Shown here in pieces: positions 1 to 12,683 of a stretch of 64,000 bases of DNA. The stretch spans positions 159,650,001 through 159,714,000 of the forward strand of contig OZ024743.1 of assembly GCA_964016885.1 (NCBI GenBank), in the 5' to 3' direction. The translations under genes were made by a program, and so were the position numbers. This DNA comes from Eledone cirrhosa. Its lineage: Eukaryota. Position 1 is the stretch's first letter. Every line of letters starts with the position of its first letter. The notes below the pieces were generated by a model, which was not told the DNA's origin, ran no database searches, and saw nothing but the letters and a program-made list of their open reading frames with translations.

Positions 1-103
1 AAACAACTTGTAGTTTTGAAATCATATTCACCTAGAAATCACTGAAAAATCTTTTTTTAATAATTATTAAAAATATTTCTCGAATGATGAAAATAGTTTA
101 TGT

Positions 104-930
104 CGATTTACGTCAAACTTGTTTTATACCCATTTCAGGGTTATATCACTTACAGGGCTATTTTTCCATTATGCACCGTTTTGGCTATTTACGAAGGTAT
201 CCTACACACACACATATATATATATAGGTCTCTAACTTAAGTACTGTTGCACACATATACACACACACACACATGTCTCTAGGTACGTAAACGCATGCAC
301 TGGCACACATACACATACAGATACATACGGTGGCAGTAGAATTGTGAAAGAGAGAGAAAGAAATAACGTTATGGATAGGGTGAGAGTTAAAATAAATAAA
401 AGTTAACGACGCTGTCTCTTTCCCTATCTGTCATCCCCCTCTCTCTCTCATCCCCTCAATCTTTCTCTTTCTCTCTCTCACCTTCACTCTCTCTTTCTCT
501 CTCTCACCTCCTCTCTGTCTCTCTGACCTACAGAATGGGCAACTAAAAAAACAAATGGATTATTTCTTTCGATATTCATTATAAAATAAGATAAATTGAA
601 TTTAGATGAATTCCTTGCTATTTTTGGAAAATTGAAAATATTGCCCATGTGCGATTTACGCCAAACTTGTTTTATTCAGAGTATTTTCTCATTATGCAAT
701 GTATGCAATGTTTTGGATATTTACGAAGTTTTGCAGGGTTATGTTAATTTCGTGGTATTTTCCCAGTGTGCACCGTTGTGGCTATTTACGAAGGTACCCC
801 CAACACCCGGAATCTCGGAGACCCGGGGTCAAATTTTCGCGAAACTTGTTTTATTCAATTTGTATTCCCATTTCAGAGGCAACTTGCTTTCAAAGTATTT
901 ACCCATTATGCGCCCTTTTGGCTGTATTAC
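104..930. repeat. Diverged internal direct repeats (unclassified interspersed element)
   Basis: Motif 'aaacttgtttta..cccatttcag...ccattatgcaccgttttggctatttacgaagg' recurs in variant or partial form at ~104-200, ~652-730, ~765-795 and ~836-930. Confidence 0.5.
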
Positions 931-1158
931 ATAACATACAAGCAAGCACGCAAGCAATCACGCAAGATCAGAGTTTTTGTAGTATATATATATATATTTA
1001 CATATATATATATATACATTCATATATATATCGCTATTTCAGAGCACCAATTCTAATATATATATATTTGCAAGAGATGGGCCTGTTATATTTATCTAAA
1101 GACATTTTTTCCAATTCCATCCAACCCGTCCCCTCAATCTATTTTATTTCTCATTCTT

Positions 1159-1194
1159 TTTTCTGATGAAGGACTAGCGTCCGAAACATTAAGA
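1159..1194 (+). ncRNA. Minimal type I hammerhead ribozyme motif (PLE-type), slightly degenerate
   Basis: CTGATGA-a-GGAC(tagc)GTCC-GAAA-ca-TT-aaga. Core and stem II are intact; stem III palindrome is imperfect and stem I is weak. Confidence 0.55.
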
Positions 1195-1314
1195 CCCTCT
1201 TCCTGCTATATGAAACGTTAACTTAATATATACCTTCCATATACTGTACCGATTGTGTTGTGATTACTGTTTACCTTTTACATACACGCACACACACATA
1301 TATATATATATATA

Positions 1315-1938
1315 CTAGCAGATGTACCCGGCGTTGCTAGGGAAATGAATGACAGCCTGTTTGTCGGTATAAAGAGAGCCAAAGGTTGAGCAAATAATTG
1401 AAATGTAATTGTAAAAAAAAGTTTAACAAAATGGGTGTACACTGACATGATTGAGTGAAATAAACGGCAACATAAAAACAATTCATGGGGTAGCTTGAGT
1501 TAATTGACGTGAATGATTTCAGGTCCGGCATTGCTGTAGTAGGTATGAGTAAGGGGATAAAGACGGAATAGACGCACCGTATGTCCTTCAGTAGACTAAA
1601 CCCTATGCGTAAGATGGCGCTGCCACTACCACGTTGAGCATCCACTGGACATAGAAATATCATTCCTTGATGCAAATCGGCCTAGTACTTCAAAAGTTGA
1701 AAGGAGCCTAGTATTTGTACACAGACAGATACACACACAAAATCAATTTTTCGGCCCCAATATCGTTTCTTTTCAAATTTGTTTTTGTCCAAAACCTGCT
1801 CTGGCATATAAGCAACATGTGTGCCAAATTTGGTTGAAATCGGCCTAGTACTTCAAAAGTTAAAAGGAGCTTAGTATTTGTACATAGACAGACACACACA
1901 GACACACACACTGACCGACTTGCTTTTATATATATAGA
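1315..1938 (-). mobile_element. Non-autonomous Helitron
   Basis: Minus strand starts TCTATATATATAAAAGC (1938) and ends with hairpin ccctagcaacgccggg + tacatctgCTAG (1315). Inserted between A and T with no TSD; ~50 bp internal direct repeat (1674-1730/1836-1895). Confidence 0.85.
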
Positions 1939-2120
1939 TAACGAAGGAAGTGTGGAAAGGAACTAGATAGACCATAACGCACCAGAGTACTCAATACTTA
2001 GAGTAGTAGAGTGGGTAATAGGAAAATGTTCAAGAGGCCGACGGCAGAGCTGAAGCCGTTTCGGCGGCTATTTCTGGAGTCCAAACGACTTGATCTCTGC
2101 CGTCGGGGTCTTGAACATGT
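1939..2120 (+). repeat. Short (TA)n-anchored repeat with large hairpin
   Basis: Homologous to 32175-32380 and, inverted, to 32066-32142. Contains the ccgacggcagag...ctctgccgtcgg stem. Confidence 0.7.
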
Positions 2121-2408
2121 TCCTATATATATATATATATATATATATTTAGATATGTATAACCAAATTAAAATATATATGTTTATATATAGAGAGAAAG
2201 TGCCATATATCGCAAAAAAAACACAGCACATTGTATATATACCAAATACATATTCTATAGAAGAATATGTACATAGGTCGAATCGTAAGTGAAACCTTAT
2301 AGCGCTATTTCCTACCTGGAGAATATGACTAAAAATCGATCTATGTAAAAGGAATCAATCAATATATTCGATTATTGAAGACAAACTATGGATTATTATT
2401 AAACTACA

Positions 2409-2594
2409 AGGGCGGTGAATTGGCAGTATCGGTAGAGGGTTGGACGCCATGCTTTCTAGCATAGTTACGTCCCTTTACAGTCTGAGTTCAAATCCCGCCG
2501 AGGTTAACTTTGCCTTTCATCCTTACGAGGTCGATAAAATAAAGTACCAGTAATGTACTGGGTAATTGCTGGCCTTGTGCCTAAAGTAGAAACA
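2409..2594 (+). mobile_element. tRNA-derived SINE with Meta-domain-like core (octopus-type)
   Basis: A-box-like tggcagtatcgg, B-box-like gagttcaaatccc, core gcctttcatccttacgaggtcgataaaataaagtacc. 14-bp TSD attattaaactaca (2395-2408/2595-2608). Confidence 0.9.
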
Positions 2595-2835
2595 ATTATT
2601 AAACTACATTCAAAATCTTCGAACCAATAACTCTCTTCACTGAATTGCGGAACAGATCTACCCTAAAGCTGTCTGGATGTCCATAGTCAGCATAGTAGGT
2701 TTGTATATCTCGATATATCCTTTTAGTTGAGTTCTGTGAACAGTTCTATTTTTAGTCAGTATTTTCTTCACTCTGGCGATTTCTGTCCGATCAATAATAT
2801 TAATAAATGGAAAATATTTTATAAAACCATATTTA

Positions 2836-2892
2836 TTTTATTATACGTATTTCAAGGGTACTGATATTTTGGTACGCTTTCGTCAGATAAAA
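2836..2892 (-). ncRNA. Type I hammerhead ribozyme (family B)
   Basis: Minus strand: ttttat-CTGACGA-aagcgtac(caaaatatca)gtaccctt-GAAA-tacgta-TA-ataaaa. Confidence 0.8.
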
Positions 2893-3020
2893 AATAATAA
2901 TTGGTGTAAAGATAGTGACAGATCTTCCTGTGAACTTCATGTTATAAGTTCAGAGTGCTTCTATTCTGTTTTAAATTAACTTTGTTGAATAATGAACAAA
3001 CCAAATAACTCATTGTTTAT

Positions 3021-3090
<70 letters not shown>

Positions 3091-3192
3091 AATGAGGTAA
3101 TTCCGTCGGAAAAGTCCAGGAAAAAAGAGTGCTCTATGTAAGCAACATAGCTTAATTATTATTATTAAGTAATAAACAACATAAGGCAATTA

Positions 3193-3251
3193 TTCCATTT
3201 ACCAGTGGTTTCTTAAAAGCAAAGGTTTTGCTTTCAATCCTCAGAACGAAA
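3193..3251 (-). ncRNA. Type I hammerhead ribozyme (family A), left palindrome arm
   Basis: Minus: tttcgtt-CTGAGGA-ttgaaagcaaa(acc)tttgcttttaa-GAAA-ccactgg-TA-aatggaa. Confidence 0.85.
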
Positions 3252-3860
3252 AAATCCTGGTTTGTTTATTGAATTTGGATCTTAAAAACAAAAAAAGCAA
3301 GCTATATGAAAGTGAGGCTGGAGAAGGAAGAAGGAAAGGAAAAAATAAAAACAAAATAATACTACCCATACAACCACACATACACGACCCCCCCCCACAC
3401 GCATGTGTATGCGCGCACGCACGCACGCGTATACAAATATAAATATATTTCCCCCATACACATGTGTGTGCGTGCATGCGCGCATACGCGCAGGGTATGT
3501 TCTGTTGAAAGTGTCTCGTGAATTTATGGCTACAGTTGTATAGAATTTCTAAGTATAATCTATACAACTGTAGCCATAAATTCACGAGACACTTTCAACA
3601 GAACATACCCTGCGCGTATGCGCGCATGCACGCACACACATGTGTATGGGGGAAATATATTTATATTTGTATACGCGTGCGTGCGTGCGCGCATACACAT
3701 GCGTGTGTGTGTGGGGGGGGGGGTTCGTGTATGTGTGGTTGTATGGGTAGTCTTATTTTGTTTTTATTTTTTCCTTTCTTTCTTCCTTCTCCAGCCTCAC
3801 TTTCATATAGCTTGCTTTTTTTGTTTTTAAGATCCAAATTCAATAAACAAACCAGGATTT

Positions 3861-3919
3861 TTTCATTCTGAGGATTGAAAGCAAAACCTTTGCTTTTAAG
3901 AAACCACTGGTAAATGGAA
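3861..3919 (+). ncRNA. Type I hammerhead ribozyme (family A), right palindrome arm
   Basis: tttcatt-CTGAGGA-11 bp stem II-GAAA-ccactgg-TA-aatggaa; GUA cleavage predicted after 3912. Confidence 0.85.
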
Positions 3920-3962
3920 TAATTTCCTTATGTTGTTTATTACTTAATAATAATATATATAT

Positions 3963-4072
3963 AAAGAAAAGGAGATGTAGTCGAAAATGCAACTGGAGTC
4001 TTATTTAAAAAAAATATATATATATTAAAAATAAGACTCCAGTGGCATTTTCGATTTCATCTTATTTTCTTT
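3963..4072. repeat. Imperfect ~44-bp inverted repeat around an A/TA tract
   Basis: aaagaaaaggagatgtagtcgaaaatgcaactggagtcttattt ... aaataagactccagtggcattttcgatttcatcttattttcttt. Confidence 0.8.
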
Positions 4073-4130
4073 ATACTTTCACTCGAGTAGGACGCCTCAT
4101 TATTTTTCATTTTGTAAAAACAAACCTCAC

Positions 4131-4178
<48 letters not shown>

Positions 4179-5379
4179 CATATATACATAAATTAATAAC
4201 ACCACCTTGTGAAGTCTTTCAAATCATGATTTGGATAACATGGCCGACTCAAGTACAAAGTTATTGCTGTCGGATATATATCGGGGTGTAGGGGTTTATT
4301 CGGAATTTCTTAGACATTTCGAATCTTATGGGATCTGTTTCTGTTTTTATGTGTTTTGGAGATATTTTAAAAAGTGCGGGACCAGAGGAGGTGAAATAAT
4401 TCTGCTGAAATATCGTTACGAGATGCGAGTTTGATTTTTGCAGTGTGCCGATAACATTGAACCCAAGTCTTAGGAGGAGCTTATAGATAATACCAACATC
4501 CTTTGGACAATGCATATAGAATATTTTCCACATTGTGCCGATAAAGTAGCGCTTGTGGTGGCGTTGGAGAGTTTAGAGTTTGAGCTTTCCTTGTCGATTC
4601 ATTATACAAAGCCTGTCGTAACATTCCTCTTTTTTTGTATTTTTGTAATTAATTTTTGGATGTTTCAATATCATAATACTTTGTGTGTTGGGGTGGTGTA
4701 TAATTATCAACTTTGGAATTTGAAGGGTACCTAAAGTGAACACTGACGACTCTTTCAAAAAAGAAAACTATTTAGAACAATCCTTAATTTTAGTTTCAAA
4801 AGAAATGGTTTTATATTTTACATTGAAACTATATACTTATTTATAACGCATACTAGGTTATCCATTATAGAATGGCAACATTACATAGCAAAAAACGGGC
4901 ACCTAAGAAAAATAGTAACAAATCAATATCATAACAAACTGAAATGAAAGAAACTAACAGAAAAGAAAACATGTTTTTCTGTATTCAAGGAAGCTCTCAA
5001 ATAGGAAACAAAGGCTACAATAACTTACACTTGTAAGGAGTAATTCAAACTAACAATAGAATTGTTCAAACGCGTAAAATTAAGAAAAACGTGGAGTAAC
5101 AGAATGCCAAATAAATATTTTGGAATAAACTTCTTTATACGAACAATACCTAAAAATAATGTGTACATTTTTAATAAAGAACATTTGTCGAGCTGGGTGA
5201 GAAGCGTAGGCCTTTAAATGGTGACTGGCCTACTTTGCTTGCGGAACAGGATTGAAGCCTTCAGACCACAAATTACAAAACACATGTCTTAGTTTAGAGA
5301 AGAGATAATACAACTACAAACATGTCAGTGTTGATATTTTCATTCACTAGCTAATATAAAATGCACACAAATTATGATA

Positions 5380-5830
5380 AACTTGGACGAGGGGACGGCA
5401 AAAGGCCAGATGGCATGACCATCTTCCCGTTCGGCGGTGGCAAACCCCTCGTCTGGGATGCCACTTGCACCGACACTTTCTGCAGCCGCAACCTGGTGCA
5501 GTCTGCGACTGACCCAGGTTCTGCTGCACGTCGGGCTGAGGTGGCCAAACTCCTCAAATACCGGTCGCTCTCCGAGAGGTTTGCGGTCATACACCTGGCA
5601 GTAGAGACTTCTGGTGTCCTCGGCCCCAGAGCTACTTCCTTACTCACCACCATAGGCGCTGAGCTGGCCAGCCGCAGATGTGAGCCCCGCGAGTTGGAGT
5701 GGATTTTCCAGCGCGTCTCCCTTGCCGTCCTCCGGGGAAACGCCCTCTCCATTCTGTTCGCCGGTGCTGTGGGTGGGTCCCATCGCGTACCGTTGTAGTT
5801 GTTGTATACAGATATTAACTCATCAATCCC
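5380..5830 (+). mobile_element. 3' fragment of CRE-clade non-LTR retrotransposon (restriction-like endonuclease domain)
   Basis: ORF 5361-5798: DGKRPDGMT..LVWDATCTDT..AE..K..KY..AVETSG..FQRVSLAVLRGNA; sharply GC-rich. Confidence 0.85.
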
Positions 5831-6175
5831 ATTGTCCTAATAATATATATATATACTAAAATAATCGAGTAGATATGGTTGTGATGGATCACTAGGAAAG
5901 TAAATACCCCATAATTGAAATATTATTCCCGGCAAGTGATAATATATCTCTAAAAGAATTGTAAACATCATCATTCTAATATCAGGCACCTTTGGATTGA
6001 TTAAAAAAAAAAGAAAACAATTGGACATACAAATCGTCGGACAGAAAGTAACACGACACATAGCACACAAATACCCAAATCCCATGGTACTGTATTCCGT
6101 TGGGCGGTAGAACATGCAATAAAATGTCTCTACAGAAAATAAATATTTTTTGTATATTATATATTAGTAATAATT

Positions 6176-6351
6176 GTTTCCATTTTTGACACAAGGCCAG
6201 CATTTACCCAGTACATTACTGGTACTTTATTTTATCGACCCCGTAAGAATGAAAGGCAAAGTTAACCTCGGCGGGATTTGAACTCAGATCATAAAGGGAC
6301 GCAGGTCTATGCGTCAAAGCATGGTGTCCGACTCTCTACCGATACTGCCAA
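6176..6351 (-). mobile_element. SINE (same family as 2409-2594)
   Basis: Reverse-complement match to 2409-2594. Confidence 0.9.
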
Positions 6352-7379
6352 TATAAATATCCTCTTCAAAATTAACTGCCTTAATTCACCAGTTTGTTTT
6401 AACTGGAAAACTAATTATCTCCGAAACATACAAGCTCGGATTGTTTGTCACATTATATACCTTGATACTAGCTAAAGAATCTTGGTAATCATTCTTCGTC
6501 ACATTAGTTTTAGTTGTAGGTCGCGTAGGTCTTAGAAAAAACACGTGGGCACACGATATCTCTTGTACACTATAATAAAGACAGAATAGTATCAATAAAA
6601 GTTTTATCACCAAATTTCTGATCTCTTTCCGATGGGGTGTGTGGCGGCTAGCAGATAAACCATTGTCATAAGGCAGATTTTACAGTTAATAAAATTTATC
6701 TGGGAAGAGTTTTCATATACAATTAGAATACAACGATAGCATTGAAAGCCATTATCTAAATGTGTATAAACTATACCAGATAATAATGTGATGGCTCGGA
6801 ACAATGCGTTTTGGTGTCACAAATATCTTGCTTTCAAAAAAAAACAAAAAAGGGTGAATATAATAAAACGGATACTTATATTACAAAACCAACTTCAACT
6901 AAAGTTAAAATAGTTGAAAATCACGTTCAATTGTAAAAGTTATTAATTAAATTCTTCAATTGATTAAATATTTTGATGGTTGAAAAATGAAAATTGAATA
7001 CAATATTTATTTAAGATGTTTCAGGCATTTATTTTGATTCTTTTTCTTCGAAACTGCATATCAAATCATGTGATAGGATTGTGTTTGATACAATACTAGA
7101 GGCTAGTGACGTGATTTCCTAGTTTTTGTTTTAGTAATTTTATGAAATGAATTTTAATTTCAGTAAAATAAAATCAATAAGTCTCAGTCGTTAAAATTGA
7201 CGTAAAGGAAATTGAAGCATGTTGAAATTATGGGAGGGAGACGCCCAGCTATCAACTCTTATCTATCACAGAAAGCAATAGAAAATTGAATTATAAAGTT
7301 TAGATAGATACATATACTCACATATGTTATCTTCGAAATATATGTTCGATATACATGTAACACAGACACACACGCATAC

Positions 7380-7482
7380 ACACATATATATATATATGTG
7401 TGTGTGTACGTGTGTTTGTGTTCAGATGCATATGTATGAAATACACACACACACACACACACACACATACACACACACACAG

Positions 7483-7556
<74 letters not shown>

Positions 7557-7678
7557 CATACATACATAGATGTGTTATTGAAGGACGTATTCAAAATCGG
7601 GGGAGAGAGTAGATATTCATTTATAATCGGTAAACATGAGCCATTTTTTATGGAGTTTCACCACTTAGCCATGATCAA

Positions 7679-7724
<46 letters not shown>

Positions 7725-7725
7725 C

Positions 7726-7775
<50 letters not shown>
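7380..7775. repeat. Compound microsatellites (CA)n/(TA)n/(TAA)n
   Basis: Direct inspection. Confidence 0.9.
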
Positions 7776-7776
<1 letters not shown>

Positions 7777-7985
7777 GGGAAGAGTGCGGGACTGTGTCCT
7801 GTTTATATTTGTTTATCCCGTTAGTAAAATAAATTTATTACTTTGAATAAATAATGAATAAATATTACATAATTTATGTACTAAATTTCGTAACTCTTAT
7901 TAAACATAAATAATTCTATTCCGTATTTCAAGATTCACTTCTTTTAAAAGTTTCAAGTTTTAAAACTTCTGGTATATCGCCACCA
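7770..7985 (+). mobile_element. Truncated copy of non-autonomous Helitron family (see 63200-63690)
   Basis: Aligns to 63209-63440 and to the reverse complement of 30925-31140. Confidence 0.7.
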
Positions 7986-8530
7986 GCACTACTTCAATTA
8001 CCATATATATAGACAGAGCGAGCAGGAAAGAGAGACATACAGATAGATATAGTGACTATGTAACAGGTATATATATATATAGAGAGAGAGAGAAAGTGAG
8101 TGAAAAAGAAAGACGAAAAGATTAGAACTTCTTTCAATACGCTGACGCGGATGTGTATGGGTGTGCGAGTGTGTATGTGCGCGTGGGTATGTATGAGTAT
8201 ATAACTATAATCGCGCAAACATACAAACATACAAAAATACACACTCACGGACATACACATACATTCACACAAACACAAACACCCACACATATAGCATGAT
8301 AGCATTCGATACATTTGGAAATGGGAGGGTAAAATGAAGTATAACGTTTTATTTATTTATTCTTAACAACGCAGTTTAACACTCTTTTAAATCTCATTTG
8401 TTGTCTCAGGTTTATTCACAGTTGTATAAAATATAATAATATAATTCTTACAGAACGAAAACAGAAACAAATATAATATATACAAAGGAAATGTATAGGA
8501 AAAAGGAAAGAGAAAAAAAAACACACAAGC

Positions 8531-8930
8531 AGGTAATACAATCATCTAGGACCTCATACAACACTCAAGGAGGTAATACCCACATCTAGCACCTCATATA
8601 ACACTCAAGGAGGTAATACACACAAATCTAGGACCTCATACAACACTCAAGTAGGTAATACACACATCTAGGACCTCATACTACACTCAAGGAGGTAATA
8701 CAGACATCTAGGACCACATACAACACTCAAGGAGGTAATACAGACATTTAGGGCCTCATACACCACTCAAGGAGGTAATACACACACATCTAGGACCTCA
8801 TACAACACTCAAGTAGGTAATACACACATCTAGGACCTCATACTACACTCAAGGAGGTAATACAGACATCTGGGACCACATACAACATATAAGCAGGTGA
8901 TACACATTTCTAGGACCACATACAACAAAA
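8531..8930. repeat. 40-bp minisatellite (~10 copies) with 162-bp higher-order structure
   Basis: Unit aggtaatacacacatctaggacctcatacaacactcaagg starting at 8531, 8571, 8611, 8653, 8693, 8733, 8773, 8815, 8855, 8895. Confidence 0.95.
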
Positions 8931-9029
8931 GGCAGGCGAAAGAGGTGGACAAACGAGCCGTTACCAGAGCAAAAGATAACAATATCACGAGGAGTACTGG
9001 GAAACATCTCTAATAATGTTTGAGGCAAG

Positions 9030-9400
9030 CCAGCACACTCGCAGCGTACCCCGGATGATGGCGAGGCTGAGATCCTGGAACAACCAAGCGATCTCACGAG
9101 CATCACCAGTTACCTCGGTTAGGCGAGCCACCAGTGAAGATAAGAACCTCATGTCAGTAGCCCGACTCCCCCAAACACCACAGGCTGGAAAATGTAGTTA
9201 GCCGACAGATCACGGTATTTTAGGATTTTATCCTTACCGCTGCATCCAAGATGTGGGAAGAATGAAAAGAGTCACTAACTGTGACATCCCAGATAAGGCA
9301 CATGCATCTTGACGAAGGGCACAGACTAAGATCATCCTGTCTTTTCCCATCAATTCTGGGAAACCCAGACGGTTCTAAAATTGCCCGGGTCAAAGCCCTT
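9030..9400 (-). mobile_element. Degenerate CRE-clade RLE fragment; its 3' UTR probably extends through the minisatellite to ~8350
   Basis: Minus translation: ILEPSGFPRIDGKRQD..LIWDVTVSDSF ... RFLSSLVARLTEVTGDAREIAWLFQDLSLAIIRG. Confidence 0.8.
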
Positions 9401-9619
9401 AAGTAGTAATAGGACAGTGTGTATATGTGCACCCGCGTGAATTTGTCGGCGTCCTTAAATTAAAGACATGTGTGTGTCACCATTTTTATGTTAGAGACGT
9501 ATAGATGTTTATATCCCCTTCCTTCCATTTACACACATATACATTAAAAAAACACACACAATGTGTCACGGACGGATGGACAGAAGTCCCTTAGATTTAT
9601 ATACATGTGAATGGAGTTC

Positions 9620-10230
9620 TACTGAAGCAGGTAGAGAAGTTAAATATCTCGGGGCCGTGTTCATAAGTGATGGACGGCAGGAGGCTGAATTAAGTGCAAG
9701 AACTGCAAAAGCTGATGCAGTAATGCGCCAGCTTCAGCATTCAGAAGAAGGGGGTAGGTGTAAAAGCCAAACTCGCTGTCTTCCTGGTATTCCTGCCAAT
9801 CTTTACCGAGGATCATGAATCTTGGGTAATGACCAAAATAATACAATTGCAAATAAAAGTGGCTGAAATGGGATTCCTCCGAAGGGTCTTTGGAGTAATG
9901 TTACTCGATAAAGAGCATAGCTCGGAGATCAGAGAGTCACACCTGATAGAGCCGCTACTTCTCCGAATTGAGAGATCACAGTTCCGATACTATGGGCATG
10001 CGGTTAGAACCTCTCCGGAAAGAATCGCTAGATAGATTTTACAGAAAAAACCAACCGGCAAGAGGCCCCCGGGCAGAGCCCAAGCAAGATAGTTGGATAA
10101 CATACATAAGCTTGGCTGGTGACGCTTTGAGATCCAGCTGGATCAACCCCATTTGGCTTTTTGCATTTGAAATCATATTCTTTCGATCATGATACAAGAT
10201 TCATGACTATAGGTAACGGTTGGCTCAAAT
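9620..10230 (+). mobile_element. RTE-clade LINE 3' fragment, with a short inverted copy at ~10135-10230
   Basis: VKYLGAVFISDG, AEMGFLRRVFG..LLDK..SSEIRE, PLLLRIERSQFRYYGH; frameshifted. Confidence 0.8.
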
Positions 10231-11429
10231 ACCGCATTGCCGATAGCAAGACTGGCTTTTATACCTACCTCTTTTGTACTGGGTTAGTTGCGATATAAGC
10301 GGGCAGCTACCGGACGAATAGGCAACCCCGGATCAACAGCAGTAAAATACTAACGGAGATGGAACAAAAGGTTACACCTGTAGCTCCCAAGAAAACTCTC
10401 ACGATCCAGTGATGTAGCTATGACGAGGTCACCAATGGCTACCTCTAAACAATATCATATGGGGTGAAATATAAGATATTCAACGCTCACGTGATGATGT
10501 AGTCCAACAACGTAGGACCAACGAAACGCATAGCCAACAATTTCCAAGCCTCATACGTGACATACAAGCGCTGTATGAACTTGACAAGGATAATAAAATG
10601 ACCACCGACCCTGTGGCAGTACCACCAACAAGATTTGTCTCCGGAAATCACCAGCAACTTAAAGATCTCCTACTTCCTCTCTGTATTTAATCCGCCCCAT
10701 AATCAAGATGTAACCAGTTGTGCGTAACAGCACCGAATACCTCCGCATCAGAATCAACAAATGTACATTCAATTGTTTGCGAGTCTACTACATTAGAAAT
10801 TCTGAAAATTCACAACTCTTAAAATCTGACAAACCCCAGCATTTCGACATTAGCCATACGCTGTGAACCATAATATTCTAATTTTCTTTTTCTTCTTTTA
10901 TATTGTGACCATCCATTTTTGGCGTTAAAATGCATAAACACGTGACTGTCATGAACGAATAAAACTCCATTTTAAACATTTTACACCTCAGCGCATGCTT
11001 GCACATCATTAGCCTCGGCATGCCCCCCCCCCCCACACACACACACAGTCTCTCAAACGCAAGCAAATAAAACAACAACAAGGCATACAAAACTCCATGC
11101 TTGTCAGAAGGGCCAACTAGGAATTGATGACCCTCATAGCGCGAAGTGAAGAAATTCAGTAAGAAAGGGAAATTTTGGGATCGAGCATATTTTGCGTGTC
11201 ATAAGATTTGTTTCTGGTTCGAATGTCATTCGATTCCTACAAAGGAATTAGAGAGAGCTTTCCTCGGGACGTGGGAATCCCGAAAGTAAAACCCACTTCA
11301 CAACATTTAAAGGTATTCACAAAGAAAACTCCACCATGGAGGTTGTACCACCCGATATCCAAAGGCCCCCGAGAGATAAGTAAACCTTTCCTCTCCCTTT
11401 TTAGTGTGCCAACATGGTGGTCTTAAGAG

Positions 11430-12035
11430 AAGGGGTGTAAATATTCGTGGCCTGGAAGCAGGATCGCTTGTTCAACGACCTCAGGTCTCTAGATATGGGT
11501 GTGATTGCAGTCAGCGAGATGAGGATATCTGACACGCGCGTACTAGCTCCCATTTTCCATGACTATTAGATCTTCGCAACTGTTAGTGAATGGAAGTAGG
11601 GGTGGCAGTGCTGTTTATGAAAGGCCTAGATCTCGATGTAAGATCAATCTTCTGGGACCCAGACAGTATATTCGTGGTACTGTGTGTGAATGATAACGAA
11701 GGTGTTGCCTTTAGCCTGGTTGCTACCTACGCCTCAATCGGGATCGGACAAACGAACTTCTTTCGATGCCTGGAAGCCTTTCTGGGAACATCTCGCCTTT
11801 TAATGTTAGCAGGCAGGTGATTGGAACGGCGTCTTAGACGTAGCCTGGGATCGTGTCGTGTGGGAGCAGCTAATAGGAGCGTGTGTGTGTTGGGGATGGG
11901 GGGTGGGGTGCAAAAGCGTCATGTACCTGATCAGCTGATTCCAACTGCCTAGGGAAATCTAGGTACCATCTAAATTTCCCTTAGGCGCCAGTGTGAACCT
12001 GGCCCAACCGCATAGGGTCATCTAGATCGTATATA
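11430..12035 (+). pseudogene. Degenerate Tx1/L1-type APE endonuclease fragment (paralog of 39990-40560)
   Basis: DNA and protein similarity to 39990-40560 (GVAVLF..GLDL, FFRCLEAFLGTSRLL). A second inverted fragment lies at ~12095-12210. Confidence 0.75.
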
Positions 12036-12635
12036 TGTGATCTGAAAAGGTGACCGTTTTAAAACGCCTACAGTATTCCTATCCATTGTCCTAAAGAGAA
12101 TCCTATCTATATACGATCTAGATGACCCTATGCGTTTGGTCTAGATCCACACGGCGTATATGGGAAATCTAGTCGGTGCCTGTCAGACAATGGGAAATGG
12201 CTAATCAAGGACCGATCTAAAATATAATATGGTAATATTCATATTGCTCCCGCTTAATCATCGATAAAATGGAAATTAAAATTGTCCACAGATCAAGGCA
12301 AAGAATGAAATCATCAGTAAATGAATCTAACATTACAAGTCTCACCAGCCTAAACTTTCGTGTCGAAAACCAGCTTTGTTCGTATACTAACATTCTTAAT
12401 CACATTCACAAACAAGTATATTCCTTCTCCATGATCTATATACACTCCTCTAGTTCATTCCATTCATCATTATCATCAAAGAAAATTCAACTTTTGTACT
12501 CTTCTACGACAGTACATATTTCATCATACATTTATTTAAAGAAATATTTTTTCTCCTTTAATCTCATCGTTCTTTGAACATATTTACAAGTACTGTTGTT
12601 GCAATCTTGTGTATATATATTTTTCATGCTAGCAA

Positions 12636-12683
<48 letters not shown>

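Larger units (their letters stand above)
3157..3955. repeat. ~800 bp palindrome (arms ~390 bp, 14-bp spacer) of a PLE terminal-repeat-like sequence
   Basis: 3157-3544 is the reverse complement of 3559-3955 with a few substitutions and indels; spacer atttctaagtataa. Related sequence at 51214-51435 and 58872-58912. Confidence 0.95.

Noticed and set aside
2411-2500. tRNA gene
   Set aside because: It is a SINE head: no full cloverleaf, multiple copies, and a TSD is present.
3241-3871. Near-identical ORFs on opposite strands
   Set aside because: By-product of the palindrome; low complexity.
8531-8930. CRISPR-like periodicity
   Set aside because: No unique spacers, no cas genes, eukaryotic context; it is a minisatellite.
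10400-10750. Minus-strand APE-like traces (ILIMG, LLDYII)
   Set aside because: Too degenerate to assign.
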